A DNA stretch of 63,929 nt, counting the filler. It is 7 parts of 7 records of this genome, joined end to end, with 100 filler letters (N's around TTAATTAATTAA, not from the genome) between each part and the next. Parts side by side here need not be neighbours in the genome. Positions count along the whole stretch, not along the records: positions 35,186 to 48,448 come from SRR2962707_4218; positions 48,549 to 55,625 come from SRR2962707_4221; 5 more parts are not named here. One strand, 5' to 3'. This document shows, in pieces, positions 39,963-50,799 of this stretch. Position 1 is the stretch's first letter. The number at the start of each line of letters is the position of its first letter. A program made the translations under genes and the position numbers. The notes under the pieces were generated by a model that was given only the letters and a program-made list of their open reading frames with translations, did no database searches and had not been told where the DNA came from.

Positions 39963-40925
39963 TCACACCCAGCGTCGTCGAATCATCCACAATAAAATGC
40001 CGGTGCCGGTGATAACAAGCATGCCGGTAAACCACCAGAAGCCGTTAGGGTCTTCCAGCCAGGGCAAACCGCCCACATTGATACCGAACAGACCGGTCAA
40101 AAAACCCAGCGGCAGAAAGGTGGCGCTGATGATGGCCAGCAGGTACATGCGGTCGTTGATGGTCTCATTCTGGGCGGAAAAGACCTCCTCTTGCAGCAGG
40201 GTGGCGTGCTCGCGGGCCGCGTCCAGATCTTCCAGCAGGCGTTGCAGACGATCCGTGGCTTCACGAATGATCTCCGCGTCACCACTGCGAATGCGGCTGT
40301 CGCCATGCAGTTTGGCCAGGGCATCCCGTTCCGGAGCCATGTAACGTCGTAGGGTAATCGCCCGGCGCCGCAATGCGCCGATCCGGCGGGTCTGATCGCG
40401 GTTGCCTGACCCGCCTTCCAGCCGTTCGGAAAAGTCCGCCACTTGATCCTCGATCTGCTCGATCACCTCTTCCATGCGCCAGACAAGCCCGTCCACCAGG
40501 CCGGCCAGCAGTTCCGACGGGGTCGCCGGCCCTTCTCCGGCATGCAAAGCGTCAACCAGCTCGGTAAGGGACTTCAATGTGCGCTTTTGCGTGCTGATTA
40601 CCAGGCCATCCCGGATCCACAGCCGCACCGCGATCATATCCTCTGGCCGGGCGTCCGGAGACAGGTTCACGCCCCTGAGATAGACCAGCAATCCTCCGCC
40701 CACGTCGCTGACTCGCGGGCGGGTCTCCGGTGTCAACAGCGCTTCGCTGACCACCATCGGGATATCCGCCCGCGCTTCCAGCCAATCCCGGCTTTCCGGG
40801 CAGGTGTAATCCAGATGAATCCAGCGGGTGCTGTGGTCGCCGGCGGACAGCTGCGGCTCGAAGGGTGCCGCGCCACCCTTGCCGTCCAGGCGCAGTGCGA
40901 ATTTCAGCCATCCCGGGTCAGTCAT
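39963..40925 (-). CDS. zntB: ZntB/CorA family divalent metal transporter
   Basis: WIHLDY, ETRPR, LRGVN, FLPLGFLTGLFGINVGG and two C-terminal TMs. Confidence 0.88.
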   Translation of the reverse strand: MTDPGWLKFALRLDGKGGAAPFEPQLSAGDHSTRWIHLDYTCPESRDWLEARADIPMVVSEALLTPETRPRVSDVGGGLLVYLRGVNLSPDARPEDMIAVRLWIRDGLVISTQKRTLKSLTELVDALHAGEGPATPSELLAGLVDGLVWRMEEVIEQIEDQVADFSERLEGGSGNRDQTRRIGALRRRAITLRRYMAPERDALAKLHGDSRIRSGDAEIIREATDRLQRLLEDLDAAREHATLLQEEVFSAQNETINDRMYLLAIISATFLPLGFLTGLFGINVGGLPWLEDPNGFWWFTGMLVITGTGILLWMIRRRWV

Positions 40926-40965
40926 GGTGTCTCCCGTATCCGCGGCCTGTTGGAGGGTGCCGGGA

Positions 40966-41958
40966 TCAGCCGCCGACCTTGACCACCACGCGGCCGCGCA
41001 CTCCGCCGGCGAGGATCCGCTCGAACCATTCCGGCAGTTGTTCCCGGGTGATTTCCGCCGCTTCCAGCGCGGCCAGATCCGGGGTCCAGTCCGAGGCCAG
41101 CAGTTGCCAGATCTGCTGCTTCACTTCGCGCGGCAGTTCCACGCTGTCCACGCCGAGCAGGTTGACGCCACGCAGGATAAACGGAAGCACCGTGGCATTA
41201 TTGAGCTGCGGTGAGCCCACCAGGCCGCAGCAAGCGGCACTGGCGCCGTATTGCAGGCTTTTCAGCGCGTTCACCAGCATGTCGCCGCCGACACAATCCA
41301 CCACCCCGGCCCAGCGCGGCTTCAACATCGGCTTATTGGCATCCGCCAGAGCTTCCTCGCGGGAGATGATGTCCGCCGCTCCCAGGGTTTTCAGCCAGTC
41401 ATGGGCATCACTTTTACCGGTAACGGCCACCACCCGGAATCCCAGCCGGGACAGGATCGAGACCGCCACGCAGCCGACACCGCCGGTGGCGCCGGTAACC
41501 AGAACATCGCCCTGGTCCTCTTGCAGGCCGGTATCCAGCAAGGCCTCCACGCACAAGGCGGCGGTGAGCCCGGCGGTGCCCAGCACCATGGCGGAGCGCG
41601 GGTCCATGCCATCCGGCAAAGGCACCAGCCAGTCCGCCGGCACGCGAATGTAGTCGCCATAACCGCCAGCGGTGTTCATGCCCAGGTCATAACCGGTGCA
41701 AATTACCGCGTCACCGGGGCTGAAGGGGCCCTGCTCCGCTTCTTCCACCACACCAACGGCGTCGATACCCGGCGTGTGCGGATACTGCCGTGTAACCCCC
41801 TTATTGCCGCTGGCGCTGAGCGCATCCTTGTAATTCAGGGAAGACCAGGCCACCTTCACCAGGACCTCGCCTTCCGGCAGGTCGCCCAGCTCGCGCTCCC
41901 CTACCCGGCTTTGGTAACCATTGTCGGTGTTTTCGGTGATCAGGGCCGTGAATGTCAT
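40966..41958 (-). CDS. YhdH/YhfP (AcuI-like) NADPH quinone oxidoreductase / acryloyl-CoA reductase family
   Basis: SSLNYKDAL, PGIDAVG, GTAGLTA, VTGATGGVG, PFILRGVNLLGVDSV. Confidence 0.92.
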   Translation of the reverse strand: MTFTALITENTDNGYQSRVGERELGDLPEGEVLVKVAWSSLNYKDALSASGNKGVTRQYPHTPGIDAVGVVEEAEQGPFSPGDAVICTGYDLGMNTAGGYGDYIRVPADWLVPLPDGMDPRSAMVLGTAGLTAALCVEALLDTGLQEDQGDVLVTGATGGVGCVAVSILSRLGFRVVAVTGKSDAHDWLKTLGAADIISREEALADANKPMLKPRWAGVVDCVGGDMLVNALKSLQYGASAACCGLVGSPQLNNATVLPFILRGVNLLGVDSVELPREVKQQIWQLLASDWTPDLAALEAAEITREQLPEWFERILAGGVRGRVVVKVGG

Positions 41959-42015
41959 TGCGAGCTCCGTTTGCTGTTGTCCGTCGGGTATTGCCATTTT
42001 TTATTGGAAAGAGCG

Positions 42016-43071
42016 TTACTGGAATGGCCGCTGCGAGCCGCGCTGCCAGAAACGGTCCACCACGCGCTGGGCGGCGGCCGCCAGGGACAGGCTCAGCCGG
42101 TCGGCGAGCTTGCGCTTCTCTTCCCAGGTGATCTGATAGATATCCACCTGGGCCTTACGCCCCTGCAAGTATTCATCACTGGTCATGATGTCGTCCACCA
42201 GCCCCAGTTCCTTGGCCCGGCTGCCAAACCAGTGTTCCCCGGTGGCGACGGCGTCGATATCCAGGCCGCGGCGATGCTCGCGGACAAAACTCTTGAACAG
42301 CTGATGGGTTTCCTCCAGCTCTTCCTGGAACTTGGCGCGAGCCTTGTCGGTGTTTTCGCCGAGCATGGTCAGGGTGCGTTTGTATTCGCCGGCGGTCATC
42401 AATTCCACATCCACATCGTGTTTTTTCAGCAGGCGATGAACATTGGGAATTTGCGCCACCACTCCGATGGAACCGATTACCGCGAAGGGAGCGCTGAGAA
42501 TACGGTCACCAATACAGGCCATCATATATCCACCGCTGGCGGCCACCTGGTCCACCGCCACGGTGAGTTTCAAACCGCGTCCGCGCAGGCGTTTCAGTTG
42601 CGATGCGGCCAGCCCGTAGCTGTGCACCAGCCCGCCAGGGCTTTCCAGCCGCAGCAAGACTTCGTCATCGGCCTCCGCCACCTCCAGGATGGCACTGATC
42701 TCCCGGCGCAGGGTTTCCACATCGCTGGCTTGAAGGTCGCCATTGAAATCCAACACGAACAGGCGCGGTGGAGCCTTGTCCTCGCCGCCGGCTTTTTTGC
42801 GCTGCTTGGCCCGCGCCTTTTCTTCCTTGCGCTTTTTCTTGGCCTCGGCCTTGCGGCGTTGCTCCGGCCACACTTCATCAATGATGCTCTCGCGCAGATC
42901 GTCGAACTCCTCATTGAGGTATTTGACGCGCAGTTCGCCATCACGGCCGCTGCGCTGGCGATTGCGTGCCGCGGCCGTGGCGATCCCGCCGATCACAAAC
43001 AAAATCGCCACCACGAGGGTGGCGACTTTGGCGAGAAACATGCCGTATTCTGAAATTAAATCGATGATCAC
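42016..43071 (-). CDS. sohB: Inner-membrane protease SohB (S49)
   Basis: LESPGG, VAASGGYMMAC, TAGEYKRT, VATGEHW and an N-terminal TM. Confidence 0.93.
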   Translation of the reverse strand: MIIDLISEYGMFLAKVATLVVAILFVIGGIATAAARNRQRSGRDGELRVKYLNEEFDDLRESIIDEVWPEQRRKAEAKKKRKEEKARAKQRKKAGGEDKAPPRLFVLDFNGDLQASDVETLRREISAILEVAEADDEVLLRLESPGGLVHSYGLAASQLKRLRGRGLKLTVAVDQVAASGGYMMACIGDRILSAPFAVIGSIGVVAQIPNVHRLLKKHDVDVELMTAGEYKRTLTMLGENTDKARAKFQEELEETHQLFKSFVREHRRGLDIDAVATGEHWFGSRAKELGLVDDIMTSDEYLQGRKAQVDIYQITWEEKRKLADRLSLSLAAAAQRVVDRFWQRGSQRPFQ

Positions 43072-43132
43072 CGTGTCTTGCTCACCTGTATTTATGGGTT
43101 GAATCGCCTGCCCCGCTCGCGCCGAATGCCGC

Positions 43133-43780
43133 CTATTGCCAGCCGGAGACCGCTTGCTGCGCGCTGCCGTTGAGAGGCCGGCCCACCAGGCCAGTGGGGG
43201 AAACCGTTACTTCAAAAATCGCCCCGTCGGCCATCGGCAGATAGGCGGCGCTACCATAGCGCGCATCGACAAGAAAACTCCACCCCTCCCGGGCCTGGCG
43301 CCAGACATCCAACACTGGCGGCTCATCATGGAGACTATACACGGTGCGTTCCCGTGAGCGCTCATCTTCCAGGGCGAAGTAGCGCCCCTGGAGGCGATCC
43401 AACTGATAGGCCGGCTTCAGCCCCAGCAAAGTGAAAGGGGTCTTCCATTTGATGATTCTGGCGTCCAGTTGCCATTGATCGCCGGCCAGCCGGAAGTCCC
43501 GGGTGCGGCCATCGCGGCCAGTGACCGTGGCGATGTAAGCCTGGTCATCGGTGGCTCGGAAGCTGATGGTGGCCACCGGTGATTCGGCGCTCAGTTCGTG
43601 GTAGCTATACAGACTCACCGCCACCAGTACCAGATAGATGGCGCCGGCCACCATCAGCAGTCCGAACGTGCCCTTGAGCCATTGCCACAGCCACTTCTGA
43701 CGCAACAGGATCCAGGCTCCGATCAGCACCAGAACCAAGCCAATGACCATAATCAAAAGCGGGGCGAACGAAAAGCTCAT
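43133..43780 (-). CDS. Conserved hypothetical membrane-anchored protein (2 N-terminal TMs)
   Basis: GDQWQLDARIIKW and DARYGSAAYLPMADGA motifs; in-strand between nudC and sohB. Confidence 0.8.
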   Translation of the reverse strand: MSFSFAPLLIMVIGLVLVLIGAWILLRQKWLWQWLKGTFGLLMVAGAIYLVLVAVSLYSYHELSAESPVATISFRATDDQAYIATVTGRDGRTRDFRLAGDQWQLDARIIKWKTPFTLLGLKPAYQLDRLQGRYFALEDERSRERTVYSLHDEPPVLDVWRQAREGWSFLVDARYGSAAYLPMADGAIFEVTVSPTGLVGRPLNGSAQQAVSGWQ

Positions 43781-43816
43781 CGGGACTCCATCATCATGGA
43801 AGGCTGTGTCAGGGCG

Positions 43817-44641
43817 CTACCGGTAAGGCGCGCGCCATTGTTCAATCAGGGTGTGGGCAATGCTGCCCGGTGGTGGCGTGCGCGGCAATTGGTCGTGGCG
43901 GTACCAGCCGGCATCAACGATTTCATCGTCATCGATGACGATGTCGCCGCCGGCATAATCGCCATGGAAGCCGAGCATCAGGGAGTGCGGGAAGGGCCAG
44001 GACTGGCTGCGCGCGTAGCGTAGATCGCCAACCTGGATGCCGGTTTCCTCCATGACTTCCCGGCGTACCGCCTGCTCAGCGGTTTCTCCGGCCTCCATGA
44101 ATCCAGCGAGGCAGGAGTAGAATCCCGATGGAAAGCGCGCGGAGCGGCCCAGCAAAGCGTATTCGCCATCGCTGATCAGGGCGATGACGCAGGGCGTGAT
44201 GCGAGGATACTGGCGATAGTCGCAAGCCGGGCAGATCATGGCCAGCTCACGTTCATGGGGTACGGTGGGTGAGCCGCAGCGGCTGCAGAAACGGTGGTTG
44301 TGTCTCCAGCTCATTACCTGCAGGGCCCGCGCCACCATGGTGAAAGTGTCGTCATCCAACTGGCCGATGATCTGCCGCAACGGGGTCGGGTGCAGGCGCT
44401 GGTCGGCCAGTTCATGCTCGCCTTCATCGCACACGTAACAGGGCTGGCCGTGCAGTACGCCGATGTAGCGGTAATTCGGGTGTTGGCGCAGCAGGAAGGC
44501 CGGCAGCCTGGGAATGCCCAGGTCGCCAGGCTGCTGGGCGAAATCGATGTACAGGTTTTGTTCTTGGACCACGAAACACCAGGCTTCGTCCGCGTCTCTC
44601 GGCTCCGCCGAGGACAGGTCCAGGGAAAAGAAATGGTTCAC
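43817..44641 (-). CDS. nudC: NAD(+) diphosphatase (Nudix, Zn-ribbon)
   Basis: FCSRCG/CPAC Zn ribbon, Nudix box GFMEAGETAEQAVRREVMEETG and SQSWPFPHS. Confidence 0.93.
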   Translation of the reverse strand: MNHFFSLDLSSAEPRDADEAWCFVVQEQNLYIDFAQQPGDLGIPRLPAFLLRQHPNYRYIGVLHGQPCYVCDEGEHELADQRLHPTPLRQIIGQLDDDTFTMVARALQVMSWRHNHRFCSRCGSPTVPHERELAMICPACDYRQYPRITPCVIALISDGEYALLGRSARFPSGFYSCLAGFMEAGETAEQAVRREVMEETGIQVGDLRYARSQSWPFPHSLMLGFHGDYAGGDIVIDDDEIVDAGWYRHDQLPRTPPPGSIAHTLIEQWRAPYR

Positions 44642-46302
44642 GATGTCGCTCCGCCTGTGGGATAGCCAAGGGCACCCACGGCCTGCTCCGCCACATCCAG
44701 AACGCCTTCTCCGATCGGTTTCTGTTCTTCCATGCTCTCAAGATAGTAATCGATGGCGGTCAGGGCATCCGCCAGGGTCTCCATGGCGGTGACCGTGGGT
44801 GCCTCGCTGCCACCGATCAACTCCTTCTCGATATAACACCGACAGGCGTTGGTTACGGCGCAGGCCCGCTCCAGATCGAGGAAGGTCAGCCCTCCCACCA
44901 CCGAAGCGAAAGTGCCCGGAAGATTACTGAGATGCATGGTATCCCACTGTTGCTCCATATAGGAGGCCAACGATCGTTTTGCCAGCGCCAGGCCGGCCCG
45001 GCACTCGCCCACCACCGTCATGCGCGCCTCATCCAGCTGGTAACGGGAAATGCGATCGTTGTTGACCTCGCGGCGAACGTCATCCGCGGGTGCCAGACTG
45101 CGCTCCAGAGTGGCGATGGTGTTCTCCGCGGCGAGCAGGTCGTCCACCAGGGCGTGGAAGGCATCGCTGTCCACTTCGCCGCCGGGACGCCAGCCGGCGA
45201 CATCCTCGGCACGGCGCCGCAACCCCTGAGCAGCTTCGTTTTCGCCAATCATGTCCAGGGTGCTGGCGATGCGTCCAAGACCTTCGGCCACGGCGCCATA
45301 GTCGGTATCGGCCACGCCCTGGGCGGCCATGTCCAGGGTGTCCTTGATCTGGTTGATTTCCTCTTTCAAGGCGCCGGCCACGGAGCGGATCACGGAACCC
45401 TTGGAGCCGGTCATCAATGCCAGTTCACGCTGCAGATCGGCGTCGGCGGGGCGCTCCCGCAGCCCGAATGCGGAGCGCACCTCGGTGGCGGCGTCGCCCT
45501 TTCCGCTGCCTAAAGCAGAGAGGTACAGACATTCGCGCAGCAGCTCCGCCGGCGGCTCCCGCTCAAGAGCGCCGGCCCCGTCGTATACCAGGGCCTTCAG
45601 CTGCCGGTCATAGCGTGCCAACAAGGCGCGCCGGGCCGCCGTCAGCGCCATATCGTCGTGCAGCAGAGACTCCAGTGCCGCCCGAGCCAACCACCAGCGT
45701 TTGCCACCGGCAAGCCGGTCAATACGCTCCATGGCCCGCAGCATCAGACGCAGATGAGTCCGCCGGTCCTGCCCCCGCAGCAAGCCCAGCAGCCCCACCT
45801 GGTACATGTGGCGCAGGCGGCGGCTTTGCCGGGCCAGACCATCCACATCGGCTGACGGCCCCGGTGGCGTACGCGGCAGGCTCTCGTCCACCTGGAAAAA
45901 CTGGCTTTCCGGTAACGGCGCGCGGCCGGCGGCCTGGCGCAATTCGTTGATGCCGGCCACCAGAACCTCGGGCAGCGGACTGCCGCTGAGTTGAACATAC
46001 TCCAGGTAGTGGCCGAGCAACACGATGGCGTTGCCCAGGGCCTGGATCAGGGGGGGCTCGGGGCGCCGCTGAACCTCCCGGGCGGTGAGCACCATGTCCT
46101 CCGCCATCACGGTGGCGGCATCCAGCTCCAGCATCTGACAGATGCCGCGCAACTGCTGGAAGGCATCGATGCACCGCTCCAGAGCCGCCCCCTCGGCCTG
46201 GTTCTCGGCGAAGGCTTCCAGGCTGGATTCCGATTCGCCGAGGGTGGTGTCGATGGCTTCCTTGAGAAAGGTCAAGGAGGTGGTATTGGTGATCGCGACC
46301 AT
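44638..46302 (-). CDS. fimL: FimL-like scaffold protein (ChpA N-terminal-like domain)
   Basis: QQLRGICQMLEL, LPESQFF, RLRHMYQVGLLG and LADALTAIDYYLE resemble P. aeruginosa FimL. The order nhaB/fimL/nudC matches my recollection of P. aeruginosa. Start MVAITNT. Confidence 0.8.
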   Translation of the reverse strand: MVAITNTTSLTFLKEAIDTTLGESESSLEAFAENQAEGAALERCIDAFQQLRGICQMLELDAATVMAEDMVLTAREVQRRPEPPLIQALGNAIVLLGHYLEYVQLSGSPLPEVLVAGINELRQAAGRAPLPESQFFQVDESLPRTPPGPSADVDGLARQSRRLRHMYQVGLLGLLRGQDRRTHLRLMLRAMERIDRLAGGKRWWLARAALESLLHDDMALTAARRALLARYDRQLKALVYDGAGALEREPPAELLRECLYLSALGSGKGDAATEVRSAFGLRERPADADLQRELALMTGSKGSVIRSVAGALKEEINQIKDTLDMAAQGVADTDYGAVAEGLGRIASTLDMIGENEAAQGLRRRAEDVAGWRPGGEVDSDAFHALVDDLLAAENTIATLERSLAPADDVRREVNNDRISRYQLDEARMTVVGECRAGLALAKRSLASYMEQQWDTMHLSNLPGTFASVVGGLTFLDLERACAVTNACRCYIEKELIGGSEAPTVTAMETLADALTAIDYYLESMEEQKPIGEGVLDVAEQAVGALGYPTGGATS

Positions 46303-46598
46303 GGGCAACCCACTCGCTTGTTTTGGTTTTGTCTTGATGCCACGGGCCTGGCGGGCAACCCAACCCAGCATGGGCTCCGCGACGAGAGCGAAATAATTTT
46401 CACTTTGTCACTGCTTAAACAGTGCGTCAACTTTCGAGGCTAAACAACTGATTTGTCTGCGTATTGTTAACCAGGGCACAGCGGAAATCCGCGCTTTGGT
46501 CCGCCATGGCACTTTAGTTGACTGTACCGTGAGAATTGAACTGCTTATGATTGCCGCGCCCATCCGATCCGATCCGAAATCTGTAGGAAAACGTCGTC

Positions 46599-48191
46599 AT
46601 GTCCGCCCGAATCGGCCGTGCCCTCGGCCAGAATTTCCTGGGGCAAGCCCCCGCCTGGTACAAATACACCATTGTCGTCTTTTTGCTCATCAACCCCCTG
46701 GTGGCCTGGGTGCTCGGGCCGGAAGCGGCCGGCTGGTTACTGCTGGCGGAGTTCATCTTTACCCTGGCCATGGCGCTGAAGTGTTATCCGCTGCAGCCAG
46801 GCGGCTTGCTGGCCATCGAGGCACTGCTGATCGGACTCGCCTCTCCCGCCACGGTGCTGCATAAGGTGGAAGGTAATCTGGAGGTGCTGCTGCTGTTGAT
46901 CTTCATGGTGGCCGGCATCTTTTTCCTTAAGGATTTACTGCTTTACACCTTTACCGGGATTTTGCTCGGCGTGCGCTCCAAGGTACGCCTGAGCCTGCTG
47001 TTCTGCTTCGCCGCCGCTTTGTTGTCGGCCTTCCTCGACGCGCTGACCGTGACCGCCGTGGTCATCGCCGTCTGTACCGGCTTCTATGGTATTTATCACA
47101 AGGTGGCCTCCGGCAAGACGTTCCAGCAGAAACATGACCATGGCGATGACACCAGCGTGGAAGATTTGCACCGGGAAGATTTGCGCCGCTTCCGGGCTTT
47201 CCTGCGCAGCCTGCTCATGCATGCCGCCGTGGGGACCGCCCTGGGCGGTGTCTGCACCCTGGTGGGTGAACCCCAGAATCTGTTGATCGCCACCCGCGCG
47301 GACTGGGAGTTTGGTGAATTCTTCCTGCGCATGGCGCCGATCAGCCTGCCGGTGCTGGTGGTCGGCCTGCTCACCTGCCTGTTTCTGGAGGTCAGCGGCA
47401 GCTTCGGCTATGGCGAGGACATTCCTGAAAAGGTCCGCTCCATCATGCGTCAGCACGCGCTTGAGCAGGACCAGCGCCGCACCACCCGGGACAAGGTCAA
47501 TCTGGTGGTGCAGGGGCTGATAGCCGTCTGGCTGGTAGTGGGACTGGCGACCCATGCGGCTTCGGTGGGGCTGGTGGGACTCAGCGTGATCATCCTCGCC
47601 ACCGCCTTCTGCGGCATTATCGAGGAGCACCGGCTGGGACAGGCCTTCGAGGAAGCCTTACCGTTCACCGCCCTGTTGACGGTGTTCTTCGCGGTAGTGG
47701 CCGTCATTGCCGACCAACAGTTGTTCGCGCCGGTGATCGAATACGTGCTGACCCTGGATGAGCATATCCAGGGTCCCGCCTTCTATGTGGCCAATGGTGT
47801 GCTGTCAGCGGTCTCCGACAATGTTTTCGTGGCCACAGTCTACGTGGATGAGGTGGCCCAGGCGCTGCGCCTCAACGAGATCAACCGGGACACCTTTGAT
47901 TTGCTGGCCGTGGCCATCAACACCGGAACCAATATCCCCTCCGTGGCCACGCCCAACGGTCAGGCCGCATTTCTGTTCCTGCTTACCTCGGCTCTCGCGC
48001 CGCTGGTGCGGTTATCCTACGGACGCATGGTTATGATGGCTCTGCCCTACACCATCACCATGAGTCTTACCGGCTTGCTGATGACGGTGATGGCGCTGGA
48101 GCCCGCCACCGAATGGATGTACCAGAACGGCTGGATTGAACATCACAGCGCCGCGGAATTGTCCGATAGTGAGCCCGGCGCCCAACACTGA
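46599..48191 (+). CDS. nhaB: Na+/H+ antiporter NhaB
   Basis: [35 protein letters not shown] and [18 protein letters not shown]. Confidence 0.96.
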   Translation: MSARIGRALGQNFLGQAPAWYKYTIVVFLLINPLVAWVLGPEAAGWLLLAEFIFTLAMALKCYPLQPGGLLAIEALLIGLASPATVLHKVEGNLEVLLLLIFMVAGIFFLKDLLLYTFTGILLGVRSKVRLSLLFCFAAALLSAFLDALTVTAVVIAVCTGFYGIYHKVASGKTFQQKHDHGDDTSVEDLHREDLRRFRAFLRSLLMHAAVGTALGGVCTLVGEPQNLLIATRADWEFGEFFLRMAPISLPVLVVGLLTCLFLEVSGSFGYGEDIPEKVRSIMRQHALEQDQRRTTRDKVNLVVQGLIAVWLVVGLATHAASVGLVGLSVIILATAFCGIIEEHRLGQAFEEALPFTALLTVFFAVVAVIADQQLFAPVIEYVLTLDEHIQGPAFYVANGVLSAVSDNVFVATVYVDEVAQALRLNEINRDTFDLLAVAINTGTNIPSVATPNGQAAFLFLLTSALAPLVRLSYGRMVMMALPYTITMSLTGLLMTVMALEPATEWMYQNGWIEHHSAAELSDSEPGAQH

Positions 48192-48213
48192 AGCCGCCCC
48201 CCGCTCTCGCACT

Positions 48214-48244
48214 AAAAAGCCCGACTTGCTGGTCGGGCTTTTTT
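48214..48244. terminator. Bidirectional rho-independent terminator between nhaB and thrH
   Basis: AAAAAGCCCGAC-TTGCTG-GTCGGGCTTTTTT. Confidence 0.88.
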
Positions 48245-48280
48245 CGCCGTGTCATGGCGAGGCAAGTGCCGTCAGCAGGC

Positions 48281-48448
48281 CTACAGCGGAATATCCCGCT
48301 CACTGGCCTTGACGATTTCCTTCTTCAGGTCCTCGTAGCTGTGTACCGCCGGGAACTGAGGAAATTCCGCGATCACATTGTCCGGAGCGTGAAACAGAAT
48401 GCCCTGCTCCGCCTCGGACAGCATGGTGGTGTCGTTGTAGGAATCACC
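48281..48448 (-). CDS. thrH: Phosphoserine phosphatase / homoserine phosphotransferase, C-terminal fragment
   Basis: Hand translation GDSYNDTTMLSEAEQGILFHAPDNVIAEFPQFPAVHSYEDLKKEIVKASERDIPL*. Not in the ORF track. Confidence 0.9.
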   Translation of the reverse strand, partial: GDSYNDTTMLSEAEQGILFHAPDNVIAEFPQFPAVHSYEDLKKEIVKASERDIPL

Positions 48449-48548
48449 NNNNNNNNNNNNNNNNNNNNNNNNNNNNNNNNNNNNNNNNNNNNTTAATTAA
48501 TTAANNNNNNNNNNNNNNNNNNNNNNNNNNNNNNNNNNNNNNNNNNNN
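48449..48548. other. Artificial contig linker
   Basis: 44 N + TTAATTAATTAA + 44 N. Confidence 0.98.
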
Positions 48549-49329
48549 GCAGGCAGTGCATGAACAGGGCGTCCTTGTCCGCCAATTTCATCAGCGAGGG
48601 ATTGATCTGGTAGTTCTGGAAGACTCTCTGACGGGCTTTCTGTTCATCTTCCTGCCCCATGGAGGCCCAGACATCCGTGACCAGGAGATCAGCACCTCTG
48701 GCGGCTTCAGCCGGATCATGAACTACAGACACCCGATCCTGATGGGTTTTCAGCAATTCACTGTCAGGTTCGTAACCCTCCGGGCAGGCAACGCGCAGGT
48801 TAAAGCCGAACTGCGTTGCTGCATTGATGTAGGACTGGCACATGTTGTTGCCATCGCCAACCCAGGCAACCGTACCGCCACGAATGCTGCCGCGATGTTC
48901 CCGGTACGTCTGCATGTCGGCCAGCAGCTGGCAAGGATGGAAATCATCTGTCAGAGCGTTGATGACGGGCACTCTGGAGGCCGCCGCGAATGCGTCGACG
49001 GTATCGTGGGAAAACGTCCGGATCATGACAGCGTCCACCATGCTGGAAATCACGATGGCGGAGTCTTCAATGGGTTCTCCTCGTCCGAGCTGGGTATCAC
49101 GGGGAGAGAGAAACAGAGCAGCGCCACCGAGCTGGGTCATGCCCGCCTCGAAGGATACCCGCGTACGGGTTGACGACTTCTCGAAGATCATTGCCAGGAC
49201 ACGATTCTTCAGGGTTTCGCGCACGACGCCCTGGCGCCAATCGTTGCGGAGTTTAGTGCCGTGGTCGACCAGACTTTCAAGCTCGTCGGAGCTTAAGTCA
49301 TTGAGTGTGAGAAAATGTCTTGCTGCCAT
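48549..49329 (-). CDS. argF: Ornithine carbamoyltransferase, 3' truncated
   Basis: [21 protein letters not shown] and FMHCL(P). Confidence 0.96.
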
Positions 49330-49641
49330 GGAGTGGCCCTTAATTAATCGATAACCCTATCCAAGAAATCCGGATCTATTCGTGGTTACAACCGGCCCGC
49401 GGTGGTCATTGTCCTGAAACGGCAATACGCCAGCACGCGGTGAGAGCCGCACTGGCGGGATATACGGAAACGGAGGTTGCCTGAAAGGCAGGGGCTCAAG
49501 TCTAGCCCGTCAGGGGGCTGAAGACAACGCCAGGGCATATGCAGGTGTCAGGTGGTGTTTGGTGAGCGTCACGGGACGTGTACAATAGTGTCAGGCATGT
49601 CGCAACCGGGCGACCCCGTTTCCAATGAGAGGTGAGAGTTC

Positions 49642-49968
49642 ATGGACATCAACGAAACCATCAAGAGCCAGCTTGAGGAAAACGCCATTATCCTCTATAT
49701 GAAAGGCACTCCACAGGCTCCGCAGTGCGGTTTCTCAGCGAAGACCGTCCAGGCGCTGATGGCATGCGGCGAGCGGTTCGCCTTTGTAAATATTCTTGAT
49801 AACCAGGAATTGCGTGAAGGCCTCAAGGTCTATTCAAGCTGGCCCACCTACCCGCAGCTCTATATCAATGGTGAGCTGGTAGGCGGCTGCGACATTATTC
49901 TCGAAATGTCGGAAAGTGGTGAGCTGGCCGAGCAGGTCAAAGCCGCTGCGAAACAGGCAGAAGCCTGA
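49642..49968 (+). CDS. grxD: Monothiol glutaredoxin Grx4
   Basis: MKGTP..PQCGFS, WPTYPQL and GGCDI. Confidence 0.96.
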   Translation: MDINETIKSQLEENAIILYMKGTPQAPQCGFSAKTVQALMACGERFAFVNILDNQELREGLKVYSSWPTYPQLYINGELVGGCDIILEMSESGELAEQVKAAAKQAEA

Positions 49969-49979
49969 GTTAACCGTGT

Positions 49980-50774
49980 TTAAAGTCGTTCCGGGGCGAA
50001 AATGAGTTCGACCCGGAATTGCTTCCTTCCTGAGTATTCTTCCGGTGGTTTTGGATAAGGGCTGGCTAGCAGGGCAGCCTGATAAATCGCTCGGTCTATG
50101 TCGTTGAACCCCGTCGATTTGGTGACCTTGGCACCAGTAAGTGCTCCGCTTGGGAGTAGTTTAAGCTCAAGCTGACTGCTCACCGGCTCGGTGACACTGC
50201 GGCTGGAAGGAACCGGTCGTTTGCCGAGTTCCTTACCAATGTGTACGGCCAGGCTTGCCGTATAGGGGTCCACATCTCGTGGCGACGATGTTATCTGAGT
50301 GACCTTTTCCGGCGTGTCCTCCACCGGTTGCTCCGGGTTGCCTGCGGCAGTAGCGGCCGAGTCCTGCGAGGGCGTTGTCCGTGCTGGAGATTGGGGCTCC
50401 ACCACGGGTGTTTGTGGTGATGGCGCGGAACGCGCAGTTGGTTCTTTGTGCCGGGGATGACTGGTGTCGGCTTGCGGCGATTCCACAGCAACGGGGTCAC
50501 GCTGGTCGCTGGTGGACGTTGGTTCAGTTGTGATCGTGTTGCGGTCTGGAGCTGTCGTGTGAGTCGGCGATGTCGCGCTGGCGGCGGATTCCAGCAAGGG
50601 AATACTGCCAGGACTGACCAGTTCCACTTTCACCGTCTGGCGATGGCTTTCCGCGCTTGGAGCCGTATAGGGAAGGGTGGCCATTATCAGGGTATGAAGC
50701 AGTAAGGCAACCGATATCGCCAGGGTGATCCGGTATTTGTCCGGGAGGCCGGTAACACTGCCATACTCCAGCAT
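49980..50774 (-). CDS. TonB/TolA C-terminal domain protein
   Basis: N-terminal TM with SxxLH motif, Pro/Thr/Ser-rich linker and C-terminal KSTGFNDIDRA..ASPYPKPP. Confidence 0.82.
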   Translation of the reverse strand: MLEYGSVTGLPDKYRITLAISVALLLHTLIMATLPYTAPSAESHRQTVKVELVSPGSIPLLESAASATSPTHTTAPDRNTITTEPTSTSDQRDPVAVESPQADTSHPRHKEPTARSAPSPQTPVVEPQSPARTTPSQDSAATAAGNPEQPVEDTPEKVTQITSSPRDVDPYTASLAVHIGKELGKRPVPSSRSVTEPVSSQLELKLLPSGALTGAKVTKSTGFNDIDRAIYQAALLASPYPKPPEEYSGRKQFRVELIFAPERL

Positions 50775-50799
50775 TGTTGCTCAGACGCTCCCAGTGCTT

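Noticed and set aside
40966..41958. DMSP/acrylate catabolic locus based on the AcuI-like gene
   Set aside because: No ddd or dmd genes are adjacent, and the gene sits beside sohB in a core-genome context.
41251..43053. 600-aa plus-strand ORF, and other long antisense ORFs such as 14039-15139, 14863-15819 and 37713-38720
   Set aside because: These are shadow frames opposite well-supported genes in GC-rich DNA, with no recognisable motifs.
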